DNA of 64,000 nucleotides from Eledone cirrhosa (taxonomy: Eukaryota): NCBI GenBank assembly GCA_964016885.1, contig OZ024743.1, positions 12,772,001 through 12,836,000 of the forward strand, read 5' to 3'. Each line of letters starts with the position of its first letter. Positions within the stretch are counted from its first letter, which is position 1. This document shows positions 27,134 through 39,859 of the stretch, piece after piece. Below the pieces are notes generated by a model that was given only the letters and a program-made list of their open reading frames with translations, did no database searches and was not told the origin of the DNA. The position numbers were made by a program, and so were the translations under genes.

Positions 27134-27628
27134 ACGTTTGGATATAATACCATATATTTATGTATGTTCATATACACTTTATTTAATGAACACGACTTTC
27201 AGTTGTGTACTTTTTAGTACGTTTTTCTTTTCGATTTTATTTATGTTCCGTTGGAAATTTTAATTCAATTGGGAAATTTCTCGAAAATTATATGAATATT
27301 TATTTTTTATTAAAAAAAAGAGACAATTCTTATCATACATTTCTCACAAAGATCTGAAATTAATTAATATTTCAAATGTTTGTTCTACTTTCATTTTTGA
27401 GGATATACTTTTTCATCTTCACCTGACAGAAATTGAAGAGTTGGATTTTAGAAGAATTTTTGAAGTTCATATAAGATTGAAGTATAACTTATATTTTAGA
27501 TCATTAATTGATTCAAATGATTCAATCATTAATTCATTGAATCGATCATCCGATCAATCGATATTTAGTGATCTAATACAATCATGAAAAATGATTGTTT
27601 TACGTTTGCTAATCAAATGTCCTATTTA

Positions 27629-27815
27629 TGGGCGGTGGTTTGGCAGTATCGGTAGAGCGTCATACACCATGTTTTGCAGCATAGTTATGGCCCTTTGCGT
27701 TCTGAATTCAAATCCGCCGAGGTTAACTTTGCCTTTCATCCTTACGAGGTCGATAAAATAAAGTACCAGTGGTGCACTGGGGTAATCGCTGGCCTTGTGC
27801 CAAACGTAGAAACTC
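27629..27815 (+). mobile_element. Nin-domain SINE
   Basis: Full head, core and tail as at 5288. Confidence 0.85.
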
Positions 27816-29297
27816 TATTTAAGTATTATAGAGTGTTTATTTCTACATGGAAAGCAACAACGATCAAATGCAAAGGGCATTGGTCAACCAGCTTAGAGGT
27901 AGAGATTGTCTTTGGTGGTGCTTTTTTGTCCATGGTCGAGACATTTTATTTTCAACGGCTGGGTCTATCTAAATTTGTGGTTAATAAGTTCTCCAAGTCT
28001 GCAAGTATTATATTACCCAATTGTAAACTCACTATGAAACGGACATGAAATTGCATTGAAGCAGTCAGTCATAGTACTGAGTTCAATTCTTACCAATAAA
28101 CACAAGACCGCAAAAGCATATTGAATGATTTTAAAAGATTAATTAGTGAGTTAGTTGTAAAGAGGAGCCGACCACATATTGAAGTTATTTTATTTACATT
28201 AGTTCAAAATGTTCATAACCAGAAATAACTACAGTAAGGGTAATTGTAGTAAAGACAATTATAGGGTTTTTAACAAATAGTATTTTTGGTCGACCAAGCA
28301 TGAAAGGAAATCCTAAACATTTCTACGTTATTAGTCTTCATTCTTCAGGAAATGGTAAATTATTCTTATTTATTAATCATATTTACCATATGTTAGTTTT
28401 CTAATACAGTAAGTTAGTTCTAGTGCAGTAAGTTAGTTCCTACATTATAAGACAAAAAATTCAGAGTTGATTAACAAAACCGGTAAATTTATAGAAAAGA
28501 ATCCGCTGAGGTTTAGTGAGAAATTGTTTTTATTTCCTATGTTTTTTCGTCTGTTTTTCGTCTGTTTTTCAACTAATTTTCCCCTGCTTACTCTGTGCCG
28601 TTTAAAATATCCAGTTCTATAATTCAGAATTTCTATCACTGAACCACTTCCATAGTTCTATTTTTAGAACGTTTTTTAAGGTGACATTATAAACATTATC
28701 TTTGAGTTTTTTATGGCTTTACGTGCCTTATATACTCACACACACACATATATATATTATATCCCCGGATATCGTGTTCGGTTATTCATTCAAGTGGTGA
28801 AGAGAAAATTTACACTTATTTATTCATTTTTATATTTTCCTTTTTTTTTTTTACTTTAATATTTTATTAGCACTTAGCGTATCGCTTTCCGGCTCCTACC
28901 TGTAGATTCTTTTCAAGAAGTTTATTCATGAATCTTGTTTTCCTTTTACTTCTATTCCTTCTAGAACAGCTGTTTTTTTTTTTAAATATGAAATGGATCC
29001 GTTTTATATTGTGACATAAATTTAGCATAACATACATAGCTTGTTATGTTACACGTAGCAGTTGTGTCTACATATCTCTCCCCCTCTTTCTCTATCTATA
29101 TCTATATCGATATCTATCTATCTCTCCCCCCTCTCTCTCTCTATATATATATATGTAATATTTAATATACAAATAGCTTCTACAGGACTACAGTTTCATT
29201 TGAAGGAAATCATATTGAGTACCATATTTACTGTAGCTACCCCCGATTGAACCCGGGATACACACACACACTCACATATATATATATAATATATATA

Positions 29298-29364
<67 letters not shown>

Positions 29365-29365
<1 letters not shown>

Positions 29366-31560
29366 TGGCGAAGAGTAACTTGGAATGGAAAGCAGGGTAT
29401 GCAGTCCAATCGCCATGGCAGAAAGTGGGGCTGTGAAGCCTTACCCCCACCCCGCAAAATTATTCGTCGTCCTCTCTTCAATTTGTAAATGTGATATTAG
29501 TTAATTTTAATGTGACAAAAATGCACTTCTACCAACAGACCACACTTCAGGCTTGATCTCCCTCTCCACTAGACATGATGTCTCCCCATTAGTAACAGCC
29601 TGGCGACGAGCCTGTCATGATATTGGTTACGTGAGAAATATTAGTAAATAATAAAACCTTCAAATAATATTTTAAATTCATCTGTAAATCAGTTCAATTC
29701 TTCGTTTCTTTTTGGCAAATTCATCGATCACTTTACTATAAAATGTATCAGCACCACGCTCTACCACCATCTTCTTTAAATTCATGGAAATGAAGACCAA
29801 ATTGCTCAATCTCTCTTCACTTTGAGAACATCAAATATAATTATTAACTCGCAAGAAAACGTTCTCTCACATAAAGCAGATGTGGCAGGTATGGCCAGAA
29901 TCAGGCGTAATAATTTTGTTATTTTTGTCAAAGCTTGATTTAGTTCAAGTTCTCGTATTATGTCTGCTACTTCTTGGATGCTTGACGTTTCATTTGGCAG
30001 AATCTGCAGTATAAACTGATTTTAGCTCGTATTTCAAGCCTTCCAAATCCAATATGTTTAAATAGACATCCAAAGATGAAAACGCTTCCATCGGAAATTT
30101 TCTTGGTAGGCGTGAAAAAGCTTCGGATTCAATAATTCCACAAATCTGAACTCTCCTATTGTTTTAAATCTTTGCTCAACGTCAAGTTCTTAAAGTAGCT
30201 TCTAGTTCTTGATATCGACCACGCTTCTCCAGTGGTTCAGCAATACCATCCAGAAACCGGCAGTAAAATTCTTCAAACTTGTTGTTCTTGATATCAACCA
30301 ATTGTTTCTGGAAGTTTTCAACCTCATGAATGCACCTCGAACGTTTTTGAAGAGTCGATAACAGAATTTCTGACCCACTCAATATGGTTTCAAAAACTAC
30401 TAATTGAAATCTAAATTAAAATTCTTCTAGGATTGCAACGAATCCCCTTGCCTTAGTTAATTCTGAATCATTCCAATCCTCTGGATTTTCTAATATCGTT
30501 GAAAATAGCTCAGAAAACATAGTAATTTTATTGGATAAAATAGAAAGCTGTCGAGATGAATAATTCTAACGTGTCTCAGGTAATTTTGAAAATCACCTTC
30601 CAACAATTTCATCCAATAGAGCTATTCGAGTCGTTGACTTGGAGAAAAGAGTTGAAATTCCTATTAAAGTTTGGAAGAAAATTCCACATTCACGAATACT
30701 TGAAGCTGATTGAGAGAATACCAAATTAAGTGAATGTGCATAACAATGAACTAATATGACGTTCGCACCAAAAATCTCCTTTATTCTTGCTTGCAATCCG
30801 TTCAAATGTCCAGCCATCACGCTCGCTCCATCATAAATTTGTCCAATGAATTTTGTTTACCACAATTGAATTCATTAACAAATTTCTTCTGTCAGTGATG
30901 CAAATTTCTTCTAACATCGACGTATCCCCAAAACCTTTCTTGGGGCTTTTCCTTCTCATCAGCAAATCGCAAAACGCGTGATAATTGAGATTTCATTCGA
31001 AACTCCGTAGTCTCATCAAACATAACAGCAACAAATGATGCTTTTTCGATCATTGCCTTAATTTCAAATTCAATTGTAGCAGCTATACAATTAATGATCT
31101 TGTTTTGAATATCACTTGAAAGTCCAGAAAATGTGCAGTTAGCATTTTTCTTCACGAAATCTAAATGTGATCTTAAACAAACATTTTATTCCACTACTAT
31201 TTCACATATAGCCAGAAAGTTACCCTTATTATTTGATTCTTCTGCTTCATCGTGTCCTCGAAATGATAATTCTTGACAAGCCAAAATTTCAACACAATGA
31301 ATTAACCTTTTCAATATATCATACTTTTTCTCAACAGTTCTATAATGCAACTGAATTGAAGCTGCTTTCCAGTGATCGATCTTTGTATCAATTCGTTGTC
31401 GACTAAAGATTTTCAGAGAAATTACGGAAAATGTGGTTTAATCATAATCAATTGTTTGTCTTCGATGATCGAATATATTGATTGTTTTTTTCTTTCGACG
31501 ATCGATAATTAGATCGATTTTTAACCATACTCTCCAGGTATGAAATAGCGCTGTAAGGTT
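29365..31560 (-). mobile_element. Decayed hAT DNA transposon (ZMYM1/THAP12-like transposase, DUF4371 plus hATC regions)
   Basis: Fragments FRGHDEAEESNNKGNFL, SDIQNKII, VMFDETT, MAGHLNGLQARIKE, VHCYAHSLNLV, and ILAIPATSA / EERLSNL; many stops; termini not resolved. Confidence 0.85.
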
Positions 31561-31787
31561 TCACTTATGATTCCACCTGTGTACATATTCTTCAATAGAA
31601 TATGTACTTGGTATATATATATATATACAATACACCGTGTTTCTTGTGCAATATATGGCTCTTTTACTTTCTATCACTTTATTTGGTTATTATGGCTCTA
31701 GATAAAGTATCATATATTGAGCTTGCGTATTGAGAAATTGAGAAACACAACATTCTAAATATATTTGATACGTTTTCAATCATTATT

Positions 31788-31850
<63 letters not shown>

Positions 31851-32264
31851 CGCATTACATAAAACAACCACACCATATACATTAACTAGCGGATACAACA
31901 CATAAACACAGACATACACACGCACACTCAAACACTCACAGACACGGACACATTGACAATAAAACAAAAATATTTACCGATGTGGTGACTAATCAATAGT
32001 AGTTATGCAACTCCATACTATTAACCTCGAAGTAGCACATCTATTCTATCGTCTATCCCCAGAGGCTAATTGTCAGGAGTCGCTTAACTGTTATCCATTA
32101 GTCAACACATCGATAGCATTATTGTTTTCTCTTTGCAATCGAAATGACTGTAAAACAATGGATGATATAACTATTACGCAATACGTCACACACCACTTTT
32201 GTATATACTATATATCGATGTTATACTTCTGTAATGCAAGAGTTAGATAGAGAGGTAGATAGAT

Positions 32265-35200
32265 AGATTTATTTCTATTTATTGCCACTAGGGCGCAAAA
32301 GAAGGGGACAGATACAAGGGGGGAGTTTACACAAAAAGGTGAGTAAAGGAAACAAATAACAAATATAAAATTAACAATAAAGTCCTCAATAGGGAGGAGG
32401 CGTTTTGGGGGGTCGCACACACCCCCGAAAAAAGTGTGCAACCCCTTCTCCTCAGGAGCACAGAGAGAGGGTGGTCCCTCGTTCCTTCCTCTTTTCCACC
32501 TACAGGCTGATGTAGAGAGAAGGCCCATTCACACGGGCCATTCTCGCCACTTTCACCCACCTTTCATAAAAACGACTGGGGTTGAGCACCTTTCTCTCCA
32601 TCCTGATCCTTCTTCCGGAAGAAACGGATCAGTTGTTGGCCAGAGAGAAAGGTGCCTGACCTCAGTCCTTTCAGACGCGTCCACCATACAACCTCTTTCA
32701 CCATGGCTATTACGCACAGAAACACTGCCTCTCTTTCATTTTTGAAGGGGGGAGGCGGCTTAATCGTTGCAATGGCCTTGGTGGTCAACCGGACGGTCCC
32801 ACCCGTGACAGCAGTCGTTCGACATAGCCCCACAGATCGGCTGTACCCGAGCAGTGTACTAATGCGTGTGCAAAGGTTTCCTTGTCGCACACGCATCTGG
32901 GCACAGATCTTTTTGGCGGGGTCCCTTCCCGGGCGCCCGTGTCTGTAGAGCTTTTCTTGAACGAGTAGAGTCCCTCGGTAGCACTGTCAGGCCAGGGACT
33001 TCTGGAAGTTGTCAATAGGTTCCGGGCTGAATGTCTTACCGAACAGGCTGGCCAGTTCGTCTTCCTCCATGTCTAGGGCTTCTCCGAGGGCGGCGTCGCA
33101 CCTGCTGCGTACCAGCCCTCTATAGAATGTCGAGGTGGAGTCTCCACTGATAACCGGGTCCGCCTGCCAGAGGGCCGTGAGCGACTGGGCACACTCAGTG
33201 TGCCAGGCGCCCAGTTTTCTCGGTCTTTGCTTGACCCAGGATTGCAGCTCGGTGAGTGAGATGAGTCTGGGAAAGGTTTGTCTCACAAACGAGGCCCACA
33301 CCGGTTGACCGATGAGGAATACTTGGAGATGCCGTAGCCTTAATGCGTGTTTACGCATCATTAGCCACGGCATCCCCAGCGCTCCTTTCGAAGGGTGTTG
33401 ATAGCAGATGGATCTCCTCACCAAAGGAGCCCGCTTCTTCCAAAGGAATTGCGCGCTCCATCTTGGCGAGGGTTTCTCTTGGGCAAGGCTCGACGGTCAG
33501 GCGGTAGTAGATGATGGACGCTATATAGGTGTTCCAAAGGGATGCCCTGCAACAACTCCAACAACTCCGCAGTAGTGGCTCGAGAGTCAATACATACAGA
33601 AGGGAGGAGAGAGGGCACCTTTGTCGGATGGACCGCGCGATTTCGAACGGCTCCGAGAGGTAGCCGTTCACCTTGACTCTAGAGCAGATGCGGCTGCTGT
33701 GCATAGCAGTGATCCAGCCCCTGAAAACGGGTCCGAAGCCTGCCGCCGCTAGCACCGCATCCAGGTAACCATGGTCCACCCTATCGAACGCCTTAGATTG
33801 ATCCAAGTTGATCAGGGCCCCACCAAAGCCGGGTTCGTTCCCAACCCTCTCTCTGATGTATCGCATGAGATGGCGGTTGTCGTGGATGGACCTGGACGGG
33901 ATAGCCCATGTCTGCGCATCTCCCACCAGGTTGCCCACGATAAGCGCCAACCTCTTTGCTAACACCTTGGCCAAAATCTGTAACTCTGTATTTAGCAGAG
34001 TTATAGGCCTGAAGTTACTTATTTCGTCCCCCTTGTTCTCGTCCTTCCTCACTAGCGTGACTACGCCCTTAGTCACAGAACAGGGAATTCTCCCGTTCTG
34101 TTGCCAGTTGTAGTAGACCGCCTCGAGGAGATCGGGGAACAAGTCTGGCATCGCTAGATATAGTTCGTATGGAAGACCATCGAGACCCGGGGATTTGCGT
34201 TTGCCGCATTGGCTCAGCACGTCCTCTATCTCAGCGGCTGAAATCGGCTCCTCGCAGGACTTCCTCTCCTCGTCCGAAAGACGCGGCAGGCCGTCGAGAT
34301 ATGGACCGAAGTCCACTCCCCAACCGGCTCCCCGCCCCTTTGAAAGGCCTCACACATCTGCTTAGGTTCAAGGATCGCCCGTCCATCCTGGTCTCGCAAA
34401 GACCGGATGGTGGATTTAATTCCACTCTTGGGTTCTGTCACGCGGGCCCAGATAACAGCTTTGGTCCCCACGTTCCCTAGAGCACGTATTTTACTTCGGA
34501 CAACGCAGCCTTTGTGCTTCGCGTCGAAAAACTGGCTCAAAGCCGTTCTTGACGCTCGCACTCTGGCCACGTCGCCGCTTCTAATTGCCTCTTCTACTCT
34601 ATCTATCAGCTTCCTTTCCTTCCTATTCCCATCCGCAGCTAGAACCTTACTAAATTCTATCGAGACTAATCCAATCTCTCTCTTTAGAGATACCCAGCAC
34701 CTGCTGTTGACAATCGCTCCAGTCAACCGCTCCTTAACTCACGTACTAATCCGGTCCCTATAAGCTTTACTTGCCGGTAAGGACAAGTTCAGCTTCCAGT
34801 AACCGGGACCCGTTCTATCAAGGTTGACCATGCAGGTCACCAACTTGTGGTCTGAATAGCCAACCATGAGCATCTGGACAACTTAAAAAGTTCCTGTCCT
34901 TATTTCTAACTAAGAACCTATCTAGGTACGGTCTAGATTGACCGCTGCAAGACCAGGTTGGCACCGTCGGAAAATCTAGTCGAAATCTATCGGCCAGGTC
35001 AAATCGGCCGAGTAACCCTTGAGGCTGTTGCACCCCTCTATATCGGGACATGCCCCTGCATAGTCCCAACGTGCATCCAGGATACAATTCCAGTCCCCCA
35101 CTACCCACTAAAAGCAGGGAACGGGACGTCCCTAGATAAGACTCCTGACGTTGGAAGAAGTCGGGCCGCTCAGTCCCAAAAGAAGCATATGCGGCTACCA

Positions 35201-37112
35201 GCCTAAAGGCTCCACCTTCACCACTGCCAAGGTCCAGCACCACCAGTCGACCCCCTGGGTCCAAGTGAACTATCTGTGTGGCGAGACCCAGATGTTTTTG
35301 CAGCAGAACGACAACCCCACCCCCACCTCCGGGCTGACAGAGAGATGCGTGTATCTCAAAGTCATCAAAGGTGGGGGCCAGCTGTCGCACGCTGCTGATC
35401 CGGGTCTCGCAGATAACCATCACATTTATAGATCGTGACCTGAGGTCATTTAGAAGCATTGCTTACTTCCAAGGTGAGCCCAGGCCACGCGCATTTAAAC
35501 ACCTTACTCTTAGCACAGCCATGTTGGTGGTAAGGAGAAAAGGCACTTACATCTCTGCGTCCCGGAGAGCGGGCCTCTCAATTTCCATGAGGGTTGGGGA
35601 TGGGTTGTTGGGTGGTGTGGTGGTTTGTGGAAGTGTAGGGGCCTCAGTGTGTTGTGGGGTTGAGGTGTTTGTAGTTGAGTGGGTGTCTGAGTAGGGGGTG
35701 GGGAAATTTTTTAGGAGGACGCGGTTGATTGGCTTGGTGCAGGGGGGGGGGGGGGGGGAGGGAACGTCCTCAGTGAAATTTATTTTCAATGTTTTGTATA
35801 AGTTCATTGGGACTTTAATCATTTTTAAATGAGGTAGTCCCACAGCAGTTAGAAAGTTAGGCCCTTCAGTTTGGACCGAAGGGTTTGACGAAATTGTGTT
35901 CAGTAGTTCTTTGTTGTTTGTGTTCATGTATGTATATTGTAAAGTCTTGTTTTGCGTAGCAGTTAGTGTTGTGTGAAGGGGAGGGGTGGTTTGTATATAG
36001 TTTGTTTTCTCTTGGGGAGGGTTTATGTTAATAAGTGTGTCTGTGGTGCGCCTCCTCTTCATTCTTTTTACTATTTGGAAGGGATCTTTTTCGTCTTGCG
36101 ACGAAAGGGGTTCGTCTTCCTTGTTAGGTGGGAGGGGTATATTTTCTGGTAGTGTTTGCGGTGTGTGTGTTTTTGTATTTGTTTTGGGTGGGGAGGGGTT
36201 GAGTGGGACAGTGTTCTGTGTTGTTTTTTCACGTGTTTGTTGTTGTTGTGATGGTGGTGTTGTTGAATGTTGTTGTTGTTGTTGTGGTTGTTTTTGTTGT
36301 TGTTGTTGGGATGGTGGTGTTGGTTGTTTTTGATGTTGTTGTTGGGGTGGTGGTGTTGGTTGTTTTTGATGTTGTTGTTGGGGTGGTGGTGTTGGTTGTT
36401 TTTGATGTTGTTGTTGGGGTGTTGGTAGCAATGTTTTTTTCGATGTGAGCTGGGGACAGGCAGCCCTCAGGTGACCTCTGTTGCCACAGAGGTAACAGGA
36501 GGGACGCCTACCTCCACAATAATGTTGAGGTGGGTACGGTCATCCAGCATGACGCGTTCAGGGATTTGGGCGATACCTTCTGGCTTTATTTGGGTCAGAA
36601 CTTCAATGCTCGTTCCACTGAATGCGTCGCCGGTTGCCTTCCCTATTGATATAAGGTTGTCCTAGTCCAAGTTGAGGAAACCGGTTAGTAACCACCAGTA
36701 GTTTATGTTTGGGGTGATGGTGGTTATCCAAATTCTTTGGGTTTTTTTACCCATGGAGGTTGGAAAAAAGGTGTAATGCGAGGAACAAATTGGCGACACA
36801 GAGAATTTTTTCGCCGCCAATTCGTCTTTCATCAATATGGATAAACTCCCATAGAGTTTATCCTTTTGTATGAAAATTATGTCTTTCATAGCCTCTTTCA
36901 GGACCAACTGAATTTCAGCTTGAGATGGTTGTGCTGGTTTTCTTGTTTTGTTGGCAATTGTACGGAATACAACAGTTCGTAATTCCGTCTGTTTTTTTAG
37001 TTCTGGGGGCGAATTGATGGAAAAAGATCCATTTTCGCCAAAAGATACATATTTTTTTGCTTTTTCAAGAATTTCTTTTGCATTTGTTATATCCCCAAGC
37101 ACATAGGTGAGG
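32265..37112 (-). mobile_element. Tx1-clade LINE, second subfamily, decayed; 5' end cut by a Penelope pLTR
   Basis: ORF1 pieces 37129-36662 and 36431-35547 with a CYLCGNRGHLRAACP knuckle near 36450-36495; ORF2 from 35522 with APE, RT (KSPGLDG, FRPITLLN, LDQSKAFDRVDH) and C-terminal CPRCVC...HALVHC; AATAAA near 32280. Confidence 0.9.
36270..36425 (-). repeat. 36-bp in-frame tandem repeat (PTPPPQQQHQKQ, about 4 units) in Tx1 ORF1
   Basis: Seen in ORF 35547-36431. Confidence 0.85.
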
Positions 37113-37285
37113 CATTGCAACAACATCAATATTTTTTCTTATCAACTAAAAACTTTTCGGACTTTCGCAGTTATCTCCCTTACATCTCTCGCACGCAGTC
37201 TAGTATTGCCTGTGTGAAGTGACCGGGTTCCTGCGCATGCGCGTTTGTACGGTTGTCCTTCCTGTTCCTATAACCATGCCCATCC

Positions 37286-37322
37286 CGAGCTGAAGATCCG
37301 CTAAGGTGAAACAATTGTTCTC
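37286..37322 (+). ncRNA. Minimal type I hammerhead in the Penelope pLTR
   Basis: GAG-CTGAAGA-TCC GCTAA GGT-GAAA-CAATTG-TT-CTC; palindromic stem III. Confidence 0.7.
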
Positions 37323-37472
37323 TATGGTGAACTAACTGTTCTGTAACCACTTCTACCTAACTCGTCCCTTGGACGTGGTAGAACACTGGAAGGTAACATC
37401 CGTAGCGGTAGATCACTCAGTCCATGGGACGAGTTAGGTAGAAGTGGTTACACAACAGTTAGTTCACCATAC

Positions 37473-37510
37473 CGAGAACAATTGTTTCACCTTAGCGGAT
37501 CCTCAGCTCG
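37473..37510 (-). ncRNA. Minimal type I hammerhead, element-sense copy
   Basis: CGAG-CTGAGGA-TCC GCTAA GGT-GAAA-CAATTG-TT-CTCG. Confidence 0.75.
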
Positions 37511-38660
37511 TAATGGGCAAGGTTATACGGAACAGGAAGGACAACCGTACGAACGCGCATGCGCAGAAACGCGCCACTTCACACAGGCAATACTAAAATG
37601 CGTGCGAGAGGTGTAAGGGAGATAACTGCGAAAGTCCGAAAAGTTTTTAGTTGATAAGAAAAAATATTGATGTTGTTACAATAATTCATTCAATCCGGAG
37701 CTTTGTAGTTATGCAATAGGTGTTTCGAGACGTGTGGACAACGTGTGAAAAATTCATTTCTCGTGTTTAGGCGATCACTGTTGCATAATCTCTTTAGAAT
37801 ATTTATTCTTTCGTCAATACACAGTCCACACGACGGATTTCCCCTTGCGTATGGCTTGGACTTAGTGATGTCTTTCCATTGAATGGAGTAGTCTATACTT
37901 GAGTCCTTGAGGGACCATACGTGTCTCGCGAGTTTCATGGATGAACGTCTGTCCGGGTACCTAAAGGTCGACTGATGGTTCAGGAAACGTTCCTTAAATC
38001 GGCCCTCCGGATTTGACTTCCTGTGGTTGGTTTTGTCGGTTGGAAGTGACCACAGCTTCATAAATTACAGCTGGTGTGTTGCATTGCTGTTGAAGGGGTC
38101 AAGCTTCGGGCTTACGGCAAGAGCACCCTTGTGGGATGTTGCTCCTAGGGCTGCTGGTGATGTGGGCCTTCATGTTCTTAGCGCAGGAGTATCCTAGTTT
38201 AACTTTGTGTCGGTTAAAGATGGAGCGGTATTTATGACCTATGGGGAAGTGTCTATCTAAGAGAGCTAGAAATTTTTTGCCTACATTGGTTTTAACGTTG
38301 CGTGAGAAGGGAGGAGAGAACCAGATAGTTTGCCCATGGTTGTGCTTTCTTTTCTTATTGCTGTTGTTGATAGTGGGAGAGTAAGTGATAGGTTGTGAGA
38401 AGCCGTTGTCAGCTAACGCCGTGTTATAGTAGGGTGCCGCCCTGTCAAAGATAGCCTTATTAGAGGAGAGGTTTGAGATTCTAGTACTGATATTCTTAAC
38501 GAAGTTTCTAAAAACAGTGGGAGGGTGGCATGAGTCCTTGTGAATGTAATTGAGTTTTTCGTTTAGCTTATGGAAGGTTCTGTGGGTGTGTGTGCGAAGG
38601 TCTAAATGAATGTCTAGAGAGGTTGGTAGCTACTGTTATATTGAAGGTAGAAGCTAAGTC

Positions 38661-38705
<45 letters not shown>

Positions 38706-38707
<2 letters not shown>

Positions 38708-39383
38708 CACAGACTCCACTACAGCAATGAAGAGACGGATCTTCAGGTCTTTACGAAGGTCCGACTTCTACAACGATCTCAAACTGTGGTACGCCGCCCA
38801 GGCTTTGCTCTTCTTCTCGACTACATCATCTTCCGTATTCCCGATCTTTGCTCCCAAATACAGGTCGTCAACCAATTCTAGCGGCTTCCCAACGATATTA
38901 GTTATCTTCTCTGGCTTCTTAATATTCTCTACTAGATACTTCGTCTTGATCTCATTCATTCTCAGCCCCACACTCATCGACACAGTCTCCACCTCCTGCA
39001 TCAAATCCTCTGCCTCCTTCACTCAGATGGTGGATGTGTGCTACACGAGAATGCTGAGTATGGCTCTGAACATTAATCAGTATACACTGAGGATGAAGAA
39101 CTCAGAGCTGTACGGGTGCCTCCCAAAAGTCAGCTCGAAAGTGACACAGAGGAGACTGAGGTTAGCTGGACATGCTCACCGACATCCAGAGTTGACATTG
39201 CACTCAGTGCTCCTGTGGGAGCCCCTGCATGGACGGACTGGAAGAGGAAGACCGAGGTCAACATATGTTGATGCCCTCAGGACAGACACTGGTCTGTTGG
39301 AGACGCAGGACATGGCAGCGATAATGAGGCAGAGAGACCGCTGGAGAGAACTCGTCCATGGATCTCTGGAATTTTACCCGCCC

Positions 39384-39385
<2 letters not shown>
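38706..39385. mobile_element. RTE/RTE-X-like LINE 3' fragment with a 5' inversion
   Basis: 39022-38706 (minus) encodes VGLRMNEIKTKY..YLGA..KAWAA..KIRLFIAVVESVL; 39023-39380 (plus) continues CYTRMLSMALN..RRLRLAGH..LLWEP..GRGRP. Confidence 0.85.
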
Positions 39386-39471
<86 letters not shown>

Positions 39472-39633
39472 TGAAGTATGAAATCATAATGGAACCTTAG
39501 GTAAAACTTTTTCTTCTTAAGAAAATTCTAAGATTCCTGATTTTTTATAGTCTCATATCCTGGTGATGAATCTCTATCGGCTGAAACATGTGTTAGTTTG
39601 ACAACATATCGACTCTTTGGTGTTTATTATTCT

Positions 39634-39820
39634 TTGTGGATTGGCAGTATCGGTAGAGGGTCGGACGCCATGCTTTCTAGCATAGTTACGTCCCTTTTAC
39701 GATCTGAGTTCAAATCCCGCCGAGGTTGACTTTGCCTTTCATCCCTACGGGGTCGATAAAATAAAGTACCACTAATGCACTGGGTAATTGCTGGCCTTGT
39801 GCCAAAAGTAGAAACAATTA
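39634..39820 (+). mobile_element. Nin-domain SINE
   Basis: Core match; flanking direct repeat ATTATTCTTT. Confidence 0.85.
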
Positions 39821-39859
39821 TTCTTTACACACACACACACACACACATATATTTACACG

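Larger units (their letters stand above)
37113..38660 (-). mobile_element. Penelope-like element (Naiad-like), 5'-truncated, with tail-to-tail inverted pseudo-LTR
   Basis: Minus strand encodes HKDSCHPP, IWFSPPFSRNVKTNVGKKFLALLDRHFP, IFNRHKVKLGYSC, CSCRKPEA*PLQQQC and GIY-YIG-type FKERFLNH..CGLCIDE..LNTRNEFFTRCPH; 37113-37370 mirrors 37424-37684. Confidence 0.9.

Noticed and set aside
37371-37423. CTGAGTGA in the pLTR spacer as a third ribozyme
   Set aside because: Non-canonical core and no GAAA
38727-39470. 247-aa ORF as a gene
   Set aside because: Chimera of antisense and sense LINE fragments running into (TA)n
39555-39600. CTGGTGA...GAAACATGT possible hammerhead
   Set aside because: Core mutated and stems I and II do not pair convincingly
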